Positions 31,847-41,169 of a DNA stretch of 64,000 nucleotides are shown here, piece by piece (the first letter of the stretch is position 1; each line of letters begins with the position of its first letter). The notes beneath the pieces are model-generated. The model saw only the letters and a program-made list of their open reading frames with translations. It was not told where the DNA came from and searched no databases. This DNA is from Candidatus Collierbacteria bacterium (GTDB lineage Bacteria; Patescibacteriota; Microgenomatia; UBA1400; JACPES01). The translations under genes were made by a program, and so were the position numbers. The stretch is taken from the NCBI GenBank assembly GCA_016219325.1, contig JACRNH010000003.1, positions 45,123-109,122 on the forward strand, read 5' to 3'.

Positions 31847-32575
31847 TTAATCTTCAGCATCAATCGCAACTGGACGAAGAAGCGTTGAATCTGAATTAGA
31901 AAATTGAGCCTCAACAAATTCGCGGTATTCAGTAGGTCTGTTTCTGAATAATCCAATAACAAACTTTGGCTTTGAAATAGAGAAAGGGGTTTTAGTCGGG
32001 AAGAGATAGTAGTCGTTAATATTGCTCCATTGCCAATTTTCCGGTTTGTTAACCAGTCCGGCCATGGTAGGGTTAATATGGATATATCTGGATACATGCA
32101 TGACTCGTTCGTCCGTATCTAGTTCTTTGATCTTAAACCTTCCCTGAAATAGCGGCCCAACTCGTTGATTATCGTGATTAAATTTATGAGCGTATGTTAT
32201 TCCAATCCGTTTCATGAATTCCGAGATTGGAGACTGTAAAGTATCTGATACTTTACAGATGCGAATAAGGAAATGGAAATGGTTTGGCATTAAACAATAA
32301 GCCAGAAGTTCGATAATGTTTTTGAACATACCGTTGCCTTTAGGATCAGCTGTAAACGAAACAGGCTTATTTTTCATTCTCCAGCGCATCGAAAATGGCG
32401 ATTGATGCTGTAAGGTATCAGATACTTTACAGTCAGGGAAGCCAATTAAAAAATAACGCAGAATTTCGCGGAAGTCAAAGTAGTCAGACTCCCTTTTGAA
32501 TATTTTCCGCCTATTTACCCCGCGGTTATAGACATGATAAATTCCGTTTTCGTGATAATCAGGCCTAATATACAT
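31847..32575 (-). CDS. tnpA: IS200/IS605-family Y1 (HUH) transposase / REP-associated tyrosine transposase-like protein
   Basis: YHVYNRGVNRRKIF N-terminal motif, HUH motif (MPNHFHFLI) and the catalytic Tyr region (RYIHINP). The ORF-track start at 32836 is a stop-free upstream extension, so ATG 32575 is used. Confidence 0.75.
   Translation of the reverse strand: MYIRPDYHENGIYHVYNRGVNRRKIFKRESDYFDFREILRYFLIGFPDCKVSDTLQHQSPFSMRWRMKNKPVSFTADPKGNGMFKNIIELLAYCLMPNHFHFLIRICKVSDTLQSPISEFMKRIGITYAHKFNHDNQRVGPLFQGRFKIKELDTDERVMHVSRYIHINPTMAGLVNKPENWQWSNINDYYLFPTKTPFSISKPKFVIGLFRNRPTEYREFVEAQFSNSDSTLLRPVAIDAED
32234..32258. repeat. Palindrome copy 2 (CTGTAAAGTATC T GATACTTTACAG), in-frame inside tnpA and encoding CKVSDTLQ
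   Basis: Perfect 12-bp arms. Confidence 0.9.
32408..32432. repeat. Palindrome copy 3 (CTGTAAGGTATC A GATACTTTACAG), in-frame inside tnpA and encoding CKVSDTLQ
   Basis: 12-bp arms with 1 mismatch. Confidence 0.9.
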
Positions 32576-32586
32576 ATGTGGATAAG

Positions 32587-32609
32587 TGTAAAGTATCAGA
32601 TACTTTACA
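32587..32609. repeat. Palindrome copy 4 (TGTAAAGTATC A GATACTTTACA), 12 nt upstream of the tnpA ATG
   Basis: Perfect 11-bp arms. Confidence 0.9.
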
Positions 32610-32696
32610 AGAAGACAAGATGCGAGAACGTCTATCGGTTGGATAGAACTATCGGGTGAGTAGAATAAAGCGACCAGAATAATAATTTTACGAAAT

Positions 32697-33113
32697 GTGG
32701 TATATTTGCTACATATGTCAGTAGACGAGTTACGGATAAGTTTAGCCGATGTCCTTGGGTCTAAGAAATGTAGCCAGGACCAGTGGATGATCGCACCGCA
32801 TCTTACAAAGTCCGGAAAAGACCTTAGAATTGCCACGTCTGTAAAAAATCATTTTGATAAGCTGCACCGAGAACAGCCTTTTAGAAGTTCGACATCAGCC
32901 CTTCGCGATGACCTTCGGCAATTAACGCTTACTGAAACAAACGTAATTTTAGATTCATTTGAATCTCTTAAGCCTGAAGAGTCTCAGAATCAATTATTAT
33001 ATCCAGCTTTCAGAGAAGTCATAATCGCCGCTCATGAGGCAGACGTAGTTGATAAACATCGACTATTGGGAAAATTTGCCGTTTCGCTTCTTCGATTGGT
33101 AGATAGCGAATAA
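32697..33113 (+). CDS. hypothetical protein between the IS element and ruvA
   Basis: A 138-aa ORF with no recognizable motifs. Confidence 0.3.
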   Translation: MVYLLHMSVDELRISLADVLGSKKCSQDQWMIAPHLTKSGKDLRIATSVKNHFDKLHREQPFRSSTSALRDDLRQLTLTETNVILDSFESLKPEESQNQLLYPAFREVIIAAHEADVVDKHRLLGKFAVSLLRLVDSE

Positions 33114-33149
33114 GCAGTAATTTCAGTTGGATTTTGTTATACTTGAATC

Positions 33150-33719
33150 GTGATAGGGTTCCTTTCGGGAAAACTGCTTGAGTCTGATTTAAACACTATA
33201 ATTATTGATGTTTCGGGAGTGGGATATTTGGTTCATCCCTCAGCTTCTGTTTTCGGAAAAAATTTATCTGTTGGGGATAAAATTAATTTACCGGTTTATA
33301 CCCATGTCCGTGAAGATCAAATTACTTTATTCGGATTTTCATCAAAAGCAGAGTTAGACTTATTTAAGCAATTGCTGACAGTTTCCGGAGTCGGTCCGAA
33401 ATCGGCACTGACAATTATCGGCAGCGGCACAGCTCCTGAAATTAAATCAGCCGTTTCTAACGCCGATGTGGATTTTTTCCAATCAATTTCCGGAATCGGC
33501 AAAAAAACTGCCCAGAGGATAATTATTGATCTGAAAAGTAAAATCGGTGAAACCAAAGAATTGGATTTGTCATCAACTGACATCAAACATCGGAAAGATT
33601 TGTTGTCTGCCCTAAAAACAATGGGAATTACTGCCGATGAGGTCAAAGACGTGATCAAAAATATTGACGCTAATTTGCCGATTCAGGAGCAGATCAGACT
33701 GGCGCTAAAAAGAATATGA
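33150..33719 (+). CDS. ruvA: Holliday junction branch migration protein RuvA
   Basis: N-terminal MIGFLSGKL...GVGY OB-fold start and HhH motifs ([18 protein letters not shown]). Confidence 0.85.
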   Translation: MIGFLSGKLLESDLNTIIIDVSGVGYLVHPSASVFGKNLSVGDKINLPVYTHVREDQITLFGFSSKAELDLFKQLLTVSGVGPKSALTIIGSGTAPEIKSAVSNADVDFFQSISGIGKKTAQRIIIDLKSKIGETKELDLSSTDIKHRKDLLSALKTMGITADEVKDVIKNIDANLPIQEQIRLALKRI

Positions 33720-34741
33720 AAGATCAGAAAACAGAGAGCAGAGAACAAAAAGCAGAAGAAATTTTTGATTCATCTCTCCGTCCGAGCAAATTTGACGAAT
33801 TTACCGGTCAGTCACGGGTAATTGAGAATTTAAAGGTTACAATTGAGGCGGCTAAAAACCGCAAAGAGCCTTTGGATCATTTGCTTTTATACGGACCTCC
33901 GGGGTTGGGAAAAACTACTCTTGCCCATATTATCGCGGCTGAAATGGGAGTGAATATCCGAATAACTTCAGGTCCGGCCATTGAAAGATCAGGCGATTTA
34001 GCCAGTATTTTAACCAATTTACAAGAGGGAGACATTTTATTTATTGATGAAGTCCACCGCTTGCATAAAGTTGTTGAGGAAATGCTTTATCCGGCAATGG
34101 AGGATTTCGCCTTGGATATTATTTTAGGAAAAGGTCCGTCTGCCCGGACCGTCAGGCTGGATCTGCCGAAGTTTACTTTAATCGGAGCCACCACCAGAGT
34201 CGGTTTGATCGGATCGCCGATGAGGGACAGATTTGGGATTATCCACCGCCTGAATTTTTATGAAGATGAGGAATTGTGCCATATTGTTAAGCGTTCATCT
34301 AGGCTATTGAAAATGGAAGTAGATCAAGAATCTGCTCTGGAAGTTGCCAAAAGAAGCAGGGGTACTCCCAGAATTGCCAATAGGCTTTTAAAACGTTCGC
34401 GTGATTTCAGCCAAGTCAGATTTAAGGGGCTGCTAAACAGAAATGTGGTTGACAAGGCTTTGCAATTAATGGGGGTGGATTTATTGGGATTGGATGAATC
34501 CGACAGAAGGATTTTATCGGCCATCATCAATAAACATGGCGGCGGACCGGTAGGAGTAGAAACGATTGCAGCCACAGCCCATGAAGACATCGGAACGATC
34601 GAAGATGTGTTTGAGCCGTTCCTGATGCAAATTGGATTTTTAAAACGGACTCCGCGGGGCAGGGTGGCGACAAAAAAAGCTTACCAACATCTTGGTTTAT
34701 CTTATCCTCAATCTGGCACAGGGCAGGAATCGTTGCTTTAA
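33716..34741 (+). CDS. ruvB: Holliday junction branch migration helicase RuvB
   Basis: [11 protein letters not shown] start, Walker A ([11 protein letters not shown]), Walker B (FIDEVHRL) and RuvB-C winged helix. It overlaps ruvA by 4 nt. Confidence 0.9.
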   Translation: MKDQKTESREQKAEEIFDSSLRPSKFDEFTGQSRVIENLKVTIEAAKNRKEPLDHLLLYGPPGLGKTTLAHIIAAEMGVNIRITSGPAIERSGDLASILTNLQEGDILFIDEVHRLHKVVEEMLYPAMEDFALDIILGKGPSARTVRLDLPKFTLIGATTRVGLIGSPMRDRFGIIHRLNFYEDEELCHIVKRSSRLLKMEVDQESALEVAKRSRGTPRIANRLLKRSRDFSQVRFKGLLNRNVVDKALQLMGVDLLGLDESDRRILSAIINKHGGGPVGVETIAATAHEDIGTIEDVFEPFLMQIGFLKRTPRGRVATKKAYQHLGLSYPQSGTGQESLL

Positions 34742-34742
34742 T

Positions 34743-34818
34743 GTCATTCCCGCGAAAGCGGGAATCTATATAAATAATTATCTTATCTACATAGATTCCG
34801 TGTCGAGCACGGAATGAC
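34743..34818. repeat. MITE/REP-like element (GTCATTCC-hairpin-GGAATCTAT ... ATAGATTCC-hairpin-GGAATGAC), full copy after ruvB
   Basis: GTCATTCCCGCGAAAGCGGGAATCTATATAAATAATTATCTTATCTACATAGATTCCGTGTCGAGCACGGAATGAC. Confidence 0.75.
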
Positions 34819-34827
34819 AATGACAAT

Positions 34828-35783
34828 ATGAAGTTATTTATTAAGCTATTAGTCACTATTTGTATTTTAGGAGCGCTTAAGCCAGAACCAATATTTGCAG
34901 CCGCGGAAAATAAACTTGGGATTCATATTCTGGAGACGGAAGAATTAGGCGAAGTGTCCAAGCTTTTCCCGGATGGCGGCTATATAACCGTTCCGGTAAG
35001 ATTGGACCAGCTGGAGGCATCAAAGTGGCAAAAATTTTTTGACGAGTCGGATAAATTTCGGTTTATTCCGATAATTAGATTTGCGACCAGCCACAACGGA
35101 AAATATTGGGAACGGCCGACAAAACGCGATATCGTAAATTTTGCCGATTTCTTCTCCAAGCTTGATTGGCACAGGCAGGAGTTAATTGTGATCGCCTTTA
35201 ATGAACCAAATCACGCTCCGGAATGGGGCGGAAAAGTTGACCCGGATAATTACGGCCAAAGCCTGACTTTTCTGGTTAATTGGTTTGCGACAGAACCGAA
35301 AAAATATTTAGTTCTTCCGGCGGCCCTTGACGCTGCTGCTTCCAATACTGACACGACTATGAGTTCAAATTTATTTCTTGACAAGTTGCTATCTAAATTC
35401 CCCGCAACAATTAATAGCCTTTCCGGCTGGAACAGTCATGCTTATCCCAATCCCGGATTTACCGGCCGGCCGGTTGATTATCATAAAATGAGCGTTAGGT
35501 CTTATCAATTCGAACTGGAAACTATTAAGAAAAGAATTGGAAAGGACTTGTCTGTTTATATCACTGAAACAGGCTGGGATAATACCAAAAAGAATGACAG
35601 TTTGATCGCCGGATATTTTAAGTTTGCTTACGAAAATATCTGGTACCCTGACAGAAAAGTGGCGGCGGTAACCCCATTTTTATTCAACGCCCAAACGATG
35701 CCTTTTTCCGCCTTTTCTCTTCTGGATGATAACGAAAAACCGACAATGGTTTATGAGATGATACAGAAATTAGGAAAGGAATT

Positions 35784-35787
<4 letters not shown>
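34828..35787 (+). CDS. Secreted glycoside hydrolase, clan GH-A-like
   Basis: Signal peptide, then the catalytic-pair motifs typical of (beta/alpha)8 clan GH-A enzymes: NEP (AFNEPNH) and ITETGW. Confidence 0.55.
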
Positions 35788-36202
<415 letters not shown>

Positions 36203-36916
36203 ATGATATACATTTTGCATGGTGACAATATTGACGCCAGCCGGAAATCGTTTATTGAGACGATTGCTGAATTAAAAGCCGGCGGAATTGAAGAAGTCGT
36301 TAGATTAAACGGAGCAGAAATTGTCCAGTCCGATTTAATCCAGGCCTTAGAATCGCAAAGTCTTTTTGGCGGCGATAGAATTGTAGCTATAGAAGGCATA
36401 TTTTCCCGCCGCGTTTCCAAAGAGAAAGAAGCATTGTTAATATATATTTCTTCGCAACTCGCAACTGGCAATTCGCAATTAGCCCTTTTATTGTGGGAAG
36501 GAAAAAAGATTTTAGCAACCGGATTAAAAAAATTTACAGGTAAGCCTGGTGTGGAGATTAAAGAATTTAAATTGCCGCGGCTTTTATATACTTTTTTGGA
36601 CCGGATTTATCCCAAAAACGGGAAATCGGCTTCCGTCATATTTAATCAACTGATAGCCGAAGAGCCGGTTGAATTAGTTTTTTATTGGATGGTAAAACGG
36701 ATAACGGAATTGATTCTGGAAAATTCGCCATCAGGATCCGGCGGCGGTTATGACGATTGGAGAAGGCAAAAATTAATGGATCAGGCGTCAAGGTGGACCG
36801 AAAAAAGTTTAATTAATTTTCATAAAAAATTAACAGAAATTGATGAAGCCGTTAAAACCGGCTCCACCCCATCGGATTTATCATCCCACCTTGACATTGC
36901 CTTGTTAAGTTTGTAG
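36203..36916 (+). CDS. holA: DNA polymerase III delta subunit-like (HolA-like) protein
   Basis: N-terminal IYILHGDN...SLFGGDRIVAI pattern resembling clamp-loader delta. At 237 aa it is short. Confidence 0.45.
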   Translation: MIYILHGDNIDASRKSFIETIAELKAGGIEEVVRLNGAEIVQSDLIQALESQSLFGGDRIVAIEGIFSRRVSKEKEALLIYISSQLATGNSQLALLLWEGKKILATGLKKFTGKPGVEIKEFKLPRLLYTFLDRIYPKNGKSASVIFNQLIAEEPVELVFYWMVKRITELILENSPSGSGGGYDDWRRQKLMDQASRWTEKSLINFHKKLTEIDEAVKTGSTPSDLSSHLDIALLSL

Positions 36917-36929
36917 TATTTAGGTCTTC

Positions 36930-38270
36930 ATGAAAATTGATCCTTCGATTTTCAAGGCATACGATATCAGAGGAGTTTACCCCACTCAGTTGGACGAGAA
37001 GATTGCATATTTAGTCGGGCGGAGCTTTGCTGTTTTCCTGAAGCCTAAAAAAGTCATTGTCGGACGGGATATGAGATTGTCCGGTCCTGTCCTGAAAAAG
37101 AATTTAATTGCCGGTTTAATTGATCAGGGAGTTGATGTAATTGACGTTGGAATGGTATCCACAGACGCTTACTATTTTACATGCACAAAATTGGGAATTC
37201 CCGGGATTATGGTGACTGCTTCCCATAATCCGAAAGAGTTTAATGGATTTAAAATGGTCAGAAAGATGCCGTATTTGTTGAGCGGCGATGAAGGGATTCA
37301 GGACATCAGAAAATTGGTTGAAAATGGTAAATTTTCCAAAGTAATCAAAAAAGGGGAAGTTGAAAAACGCGATTATACAGATCAATTTATCAACAAGGTT
37401 TTATCATTTATTAATCCCTCCGAAATTAAACCCTTAAAAATTATTGCCGATACAGCCAATGGAATGGTGGGTCCGTTTTTAACTAAACTTTATAAAAATC
37501 TGCCGGTTAAACTAAAAATAATTTACGGAAAACCCGACGGAAATCTTCCCAACCACGGTTTGGATCCTTTGATGCCGGAAAATAGGGTAAAAATTGAAAA
37601 ACTGATTGTATCGGAAAAAGCCGATTTGGGGTTTATGTTTGACGGAGACGGAGACCGTTTTTTTGTCATTGACGACAGGGGAAAATTCGTTTCAGGAGAT
37701 TTTTTAACCGCGCTTTTGGGTAAATATTTATTGGAGAAATATCCTAGGTCTAAAATTATTTATGATATCAGGGCATCCTGGGCGGTGCCGGATTTAATCG
37801 CCGAAAATGGCGGAAAGTCCATGTTTGAAAGAGTCGGCCACGCGTTTATAAAACGGAGAATGGCCGATGAAAATGGTTTATTCGCCGGCGAAATTACAGG
37901 GCATTATTATTTCCGGGATTTTAATTATTCGGATTCAGGATTGATTCCGTCTTTGCTGGTTTTGGAAATGTTGTCCCGAAAAAAAGTTAAAATGTCGGAT
38001 TTGCTAAAACCTTTGGAAGAAAAATATTTTATATCCGGAGAAATAAATTCCAAAGTTGCCGACCCGCTGTCTAAGATTAAACAATTAACTCAAAAATATA
38101 AAGACGGGCAGCAGAATATGCTGGACGGAATAACTGTTTTCTATAAAGATTGGCATTTTAACGTCAGAATTTCAAATACAGAATCTTTATTGCGGCTTAA
38201 TTTAGACGCTAAATCAAAGTCTTTAATGGAAGAAAAGCGCGATGAAATTTTAGCCCTCATCCGTTCTTAA
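36930..38270 (+). CDS. Phosphoglucomutase/phosphomannomutase
   Basis: Active-site TASHNP motif, metal-binding FDGDGDR motif and the alpha-D-phosphohexomutase domain order. Confidence 0.85.
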   Translation: MKIDPSIFKAYDIRGVYPTQLDEKIAYLVGRSFAVFLKPKKVIVGRDMRLSGPVLKKNLIAGLIDQGVDVIDVGMVSTDAYYFTCTKLGIPGIMVTASHNPKEFNGFKMVRKMPYLLSGDEGIQDIRKLVENGKFSKVIKKGEVEKRDYTDQFINKVLSFINPSEIKPLKIIADTANGMVGPFLTKLYKNLPVKLKIIYGKPDGNLPNHGLDPLMPENRVKIEKLIVSEKADLGFMFDGDGDRFFVIDDRGKFVSGDFLTALLGKYLLEKYPRSKIIYDIRASWAVPDLIAENGGKSMFERVGHAFIKRRMADENGLFAGEITGHYYFRDFNYSDSGLIPSLLVLEMLSRKKVKMSDLLKPLEEKYFISGEINSKVADPLSKIKQLTQKYKDGQQNMLDGITVFYKDWHFNVRISNTESLLRLNLDAKSKSLMEEKRDEILALIRS

Positions 38271-38375
38271 AAGAAAAATTAATTTTTTCTTTCCGATAAT
38301 TATTTTGACTAAATAATTATCTGGGCTAATAGCCAATTATCTGATAACTCAAAAATTAATTTCAAAATAGTAATT

Positions 38376-38402
38376 TATAAAATGTTGTACTACATTTTAT
38401 AT
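38376..38402. repeat. 27-bp palindrome TATAAAATGTTGTACTACATTTTATAT abutting the stop codon of the trpR-like gene
   Basis: Arms ATAAAATGT/ACATTTTAT around a GTAC core. A second copy lies at 38854-38880. Confidence 0.85.
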
Positions 38403-38852
38403 TTAGAAGGGTACCTCGGTTTTTTCTACTTTTTCCCATTGTCTTCTTCGCTGACTTTTCCAATTAGTCGGTCCAAACCATAAAGCAGAGCTTTCGGTAT
38501 CCTGAAGCGCCGATAGATGGGCAACCTCTTTGGCGGCATCTTCTTGAATTATAGATTCAAGTAAAGACCGATACCCGCTTCCTTTTACTTCTAACCAGGT
38601 TTTAACCCTGTAGATAGTTGGAAATGACACTTTTAATTTATCTGAAATTTCGCGGGCACCAACGTGTTTTAAAAGCATTAAAGCAACACCGATTCATTTT
38701 GAAATCATAATTTTTTCCGTACCAGTTAATAAATCATCAACAAAGTCAGCGGCTAAAGATGCTTGAGCGCACCTATTAATACAGTCAACAAGAAGAGACT
38801 GTAATTTTTCTTTTACTTCAGGTTTAATATATTGGACAGAAACTTGAGCCAT
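38403..38852 (-). pseudogene. TrpR/YerC-YecD-like HTH regulator gene interrupted by an in-frame TGA
   Basis: ATG 38852 to TGA 38696-38694 gives 52 aa. The same frame continues through ATG 38678 to 38403 with FVDDLLTGTEKIMISK*IGVALMLLKHVGAREISDKLKVSFPTIYRVKTWL, which matches the YerC/TrpR-like consensus FxDDLxT..E...R..VAxML..G...R.I......S..TI.RVK. The stop aligns to a conserved Arg (CGA to TGA). Confidence 0.6.
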
Positions 38853-38853
38853 A

Positions 38854-38880
38854 TATAAAATGTCGTACTACATTTTATAT
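38854..38880. repeat. 27-bp palindrome TATAAAATGTCGTACTACATTTTATAT, 1 nt upstream of the trpR-like start codon (candidate operator/promoter)
   Basis: Near-identical to the copy at 38376-38402 (one central T/C difference). It contains TATAAAAT, which resembles a -10 element. Confidence 0.85.
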
Positions 38881-39019
38881 TAGTTGTAAAGTGGAGCGCT
38901 GTCTGTTCTTGCGTTGAAATTACAAAGATTGCAGAGATTGCAAAGTTGGCAGATGCTGATATGATAGAAAAACCAAGATATATTTTTCATAAATCCTATT
39001 CATTTTCATTAAACATAAT

Positions 39020-40096
39020 ATGAGTTTTAACATTTTAGATTCCCGGGAAGAGATTGCCAAAGTTGATTTGGGAAACGTGCTGGGGTCGGTTGAGGCTTTA
39101 CCGCAACAATGTCTGGACGCTTGGGAAATGTCTCAAAATATTTCTATTCCCGATTCCTACAAACAAATTGAGAATATGGTGATGTGCGGAATGGGAGGGT
39201 CCGGACTTGGGGCGAGAGTAATAGAGTCTGTTTATTCTGCAAAACTAAAAATTCCGTTAATCCGCGTCAACGGGTACGATCTGCCGGCGTTTGCCAATGA
39301 AAGAAGTTTAATTTCCTGTTCCAGTTACTCCGGATCAACCGAAGAAACGATTCAAAACGCCAATCAGGCGATAGCTAAAAATCTCAAATGGATGGGTATA
39401 GGCACCGGCGGAAAATTATTAGAATTAGCGGAGAAACATAATGTTCCATTTTATAAAATAGTTCCGAAATTTAATCCTTCCAACCAGCCGCGGATGGCAA
39501 TCGGCTATTCCGTGATCGGCCAATTGGCGCTGGCGGCTCATGCCGGAATTGTCTCAATTGATAAAAAAGAAATTAAGGAAATAGCGGATGTGATGTCAGA
39601 AGCAATTGATAAAACAAAAGTCGAGGTTCCTGAAAATTCAAACTCCTCCAAGAAATTGGCTTTAGCCATGAAAGGTAAAATTATTGTTTATGTTGCCGGA
39701 GAACACCTAACCGGTCCGGTACATGTGGCAAATAATCAATTAAACGAGAATGCCAAAAATGTATCTTTTGATTTTCAGATTCCGGAACTCAATCATCATT
39801 TAATGGAAGGGCTTAAGCATCCGGAAACCAATCCCAAAGACATTTTATTTGTTTTTGCTTTTTCCAAACTTTATTCTGAAAGAGTTCAAAAAAGATTTGA
39901 GTTGACTAAACAGGTGGTGGAGAAAAACGGCATCGGCACATTTTCAATTGAACTTAATTCTTCTTCGAAATTATCACAGGCATTTGAGCTGATTCAGCTC
40001 GGAGCTTACGCCAATTTTTATCTTTCAGTTCTCTATGGCCAAAATGCTGCCCCCATCCCTTGGGTTGACTGGTTTAAAGACCAGATGGCGAAGTAA
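39020..40096 (+). CDS. Bifunctional phosphoglucose/phosphomannose isomerase (SIS domain)
   Basis: SIS-domain pattern (MCGMGGSGLGARV ... SCSSYSGSTEET) typical of archaeal-type PGI/PMI, adjacent to pgm/pmm. Confidence 0.75.
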   Translation: MSFNILDSREEIAKVDLGNVLGSVEALPQQCLDAWEMSQNISIPDSYKQIENMVMCGMGGSGLGARVIESVYSAKLKIPLIRVNGYDLPAFANERSLISCSSYSGSTEETIQNANQAIAKNLKWMGIGTGGKLLELAEKHNVPFYKIVPKFNPSNQPRMAIGYSVIGQLALAAHAGIVSIDKKEIKEIADVMSEAIDKTKVEVPENSNSSKKLALAMKGKIIVYVAGEHLTGPVHVANNQLNENAKNVSFDFQIPELNHHLMEGLKHPETNPKDILFVFAFSKLYSERVQKRFELTKQVVEKNGIGTFSIELNSSSKLSQAFELIQLGAYANFYLSVLYGQNAAPIPWVDWFKDQMAK

Positions 40097-41069
40097 ATTT
40101 CCTGAATAATTTAAGGTCGGTTTTAACCACTGAATTCCAACCGGGGGTTAAGTTGTGGTCGGCTCCGGGATATTGATAGAGTACGGCATCTTTCTTCAGC
40201 GACTGTAAATTGCTGATTAGATCCATAGACCATTTCCACGGGACCGCTTCGTCGCCGGTGCCCTGATGAACAATCAGCGGAGTTTCTATCCGGTCAAGAT
40301 AATTGGTCGGGGAAAACAGTTCCGGATCATAAATTGACTCAAAATCGGCAATAACTTTCCGCAGGTATTTTCCGTGGTCGTCTGAATCATCCGTATAGTA
40401 AAGAATTGAATAAGGAAAAGGTTTGGAGACCGGGGCCCAAAAAGTAGCCGCCTTAAATTTATTGGTGACAGCCAGAACGGAAAGCCCGATCTGCCCGCCA
40501 TTGGAATGCCCCCATAAAAATATATTTCCCGTATCCGCCACTTGCAGATTGGAAATTGATGCTAATAATTGGAGAACGGTTGCCGGTTTGATCAGGCGGG
40601 ACTCAATTTCGTTTTCCGGTTCCGGATCCGAACTGCCGAACCCCAAAAAATCCGGAGCTAAAGTTATAAATCCGTTGCCGGCGAAAAACTCAGCCGCTCT
40701 TTGGGTTCCGATTCCGGGCTTATAGATTTCTTTGTCGACATATCCCCGCAGCATAATTATCACCGGACATTTTTGTTTAGAAGAAGAACCGTAGCCAACC
40801 GGAATGTTGGCAGTTCCGCTGACCAAGCCTTCTTGGGTATCAAATGTAAATTGGCCGTCTGTCAGAGAGATAGCCTTGGGGGTAAAAACGGATTGTTTCA
40901 AACCGTCAAATGAATATTTAAGCAAAGGCCGTGGGATTGTGGTTGGAGCTGAGGATAAGGGGGACAGGGACAGTCCTCCGATCAGCATCCCAATGACAAA
41001 TAAACAAAACAAGAGAAAGTATTGTTTCATTTTTTTCTTAAGCATTAAGTATACAGCTTTCATTGTCAT
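40074..41069 (-). CDS. Alpha/beta-hydrolase (dienelactone hydrolase / prolyl oligopeptidase-like), membrane-anchored
   Basis: N-terminal TM, nucleophile elbow GHSNGG (GxSxG), and downstream Asp/His (GTGDEAVP...ADHNL). Confidence 0.7.
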   Translation of the reverse strand: MTMKAVYLMLKKKMKQYFLLFCLFVIGMLIGGLSLSPLSSAPTTIPRPLLKYSFDGLKQSVFTPKAISLTDGQFTFDTQEGLVSGTANIPVGYGSSSKQKCPVIIMLRGYVDKEIYKPGIGTQRAAEFFAGNGFITLAPDFLGFGSSDPEPENEIESRLIKPATVLQLLASISNLQVADTGNIFLWGHSNGGQIGLSVLAVTNKFKAATFWAPVSKPFPYSILYYTDDSDDHGKYLRKVIADFESIYDPELFSPTNYLDRIETPLIVHQGTGDEAVPWKWSMDLISNLQSLKKDAVLYQYPGADHNLTPGWNSVVKTDLKLFRKFTSPSGL

Positions 41070-41123
41070 TCCTGCGAAAGCAGGAATCTATTTAAATAGA
41101 TTCCGGATCAAGTCCGGAATGAC
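41065..41123. repeat. MITE/REP-like element copy (GTCATTCCTGCGAAAGCAGGAATCTATTTAAATAGATTCCGGATCAAGTCCGGAATGAC)
   Basis: Same termini and centre as the 34743 copy, with compensatory substitutions in both internal stems. Confidence 0.8.
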
Positions 41124-41169
41124 AAAATCGAGATTGAACTTTGGAATCTAATAAGGTATTCTAAATACA

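Larger units (their letters stand above)
31798..32610. mobile_element. IS200/IS605-like insertion element. A Y1 (HUH) transposase gene is bracketed by terminal copies of a 24-25-bp perfect palindrome, with two extra in-frame copies inside the gene.
   Basis: TTGTAAAGTATC-N-GATACTTTACAA occurs at 31798-31822 and 32587-32609, flanking tnpA (32575..31847). Internal copies are at 32234-32258 and 32408-32432. The total span of about 810 bp is typical of IS200. Confidence 0.65.

Noticed and set aside
32576-32836. N-terminal 87-aa extension of ORF 31847..32836, and the overlapping ORF 31714..32097(-)
   Set aside because: The extension has no transposase similarity. The Y1 YHV motif begins right after ATG 32575, and the terminal palindrome lies 12 nt upstream of that ATG. 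ORF 31714..32097 is an out-of-frame shadow of tnpA.
38694-38696. In-frame TGA considered as evidence for a UGA-recoding genetic code (code 25/4)
   Set aside because: Other genes in the window terminate at TGA exactly where homologs end (e.g. ruvA at 33717-33719, first ORF at 921-923). No other conserved gene needs TGA readthrough. A single-gene nonsense mutation or sequencing error is more parsimonious.
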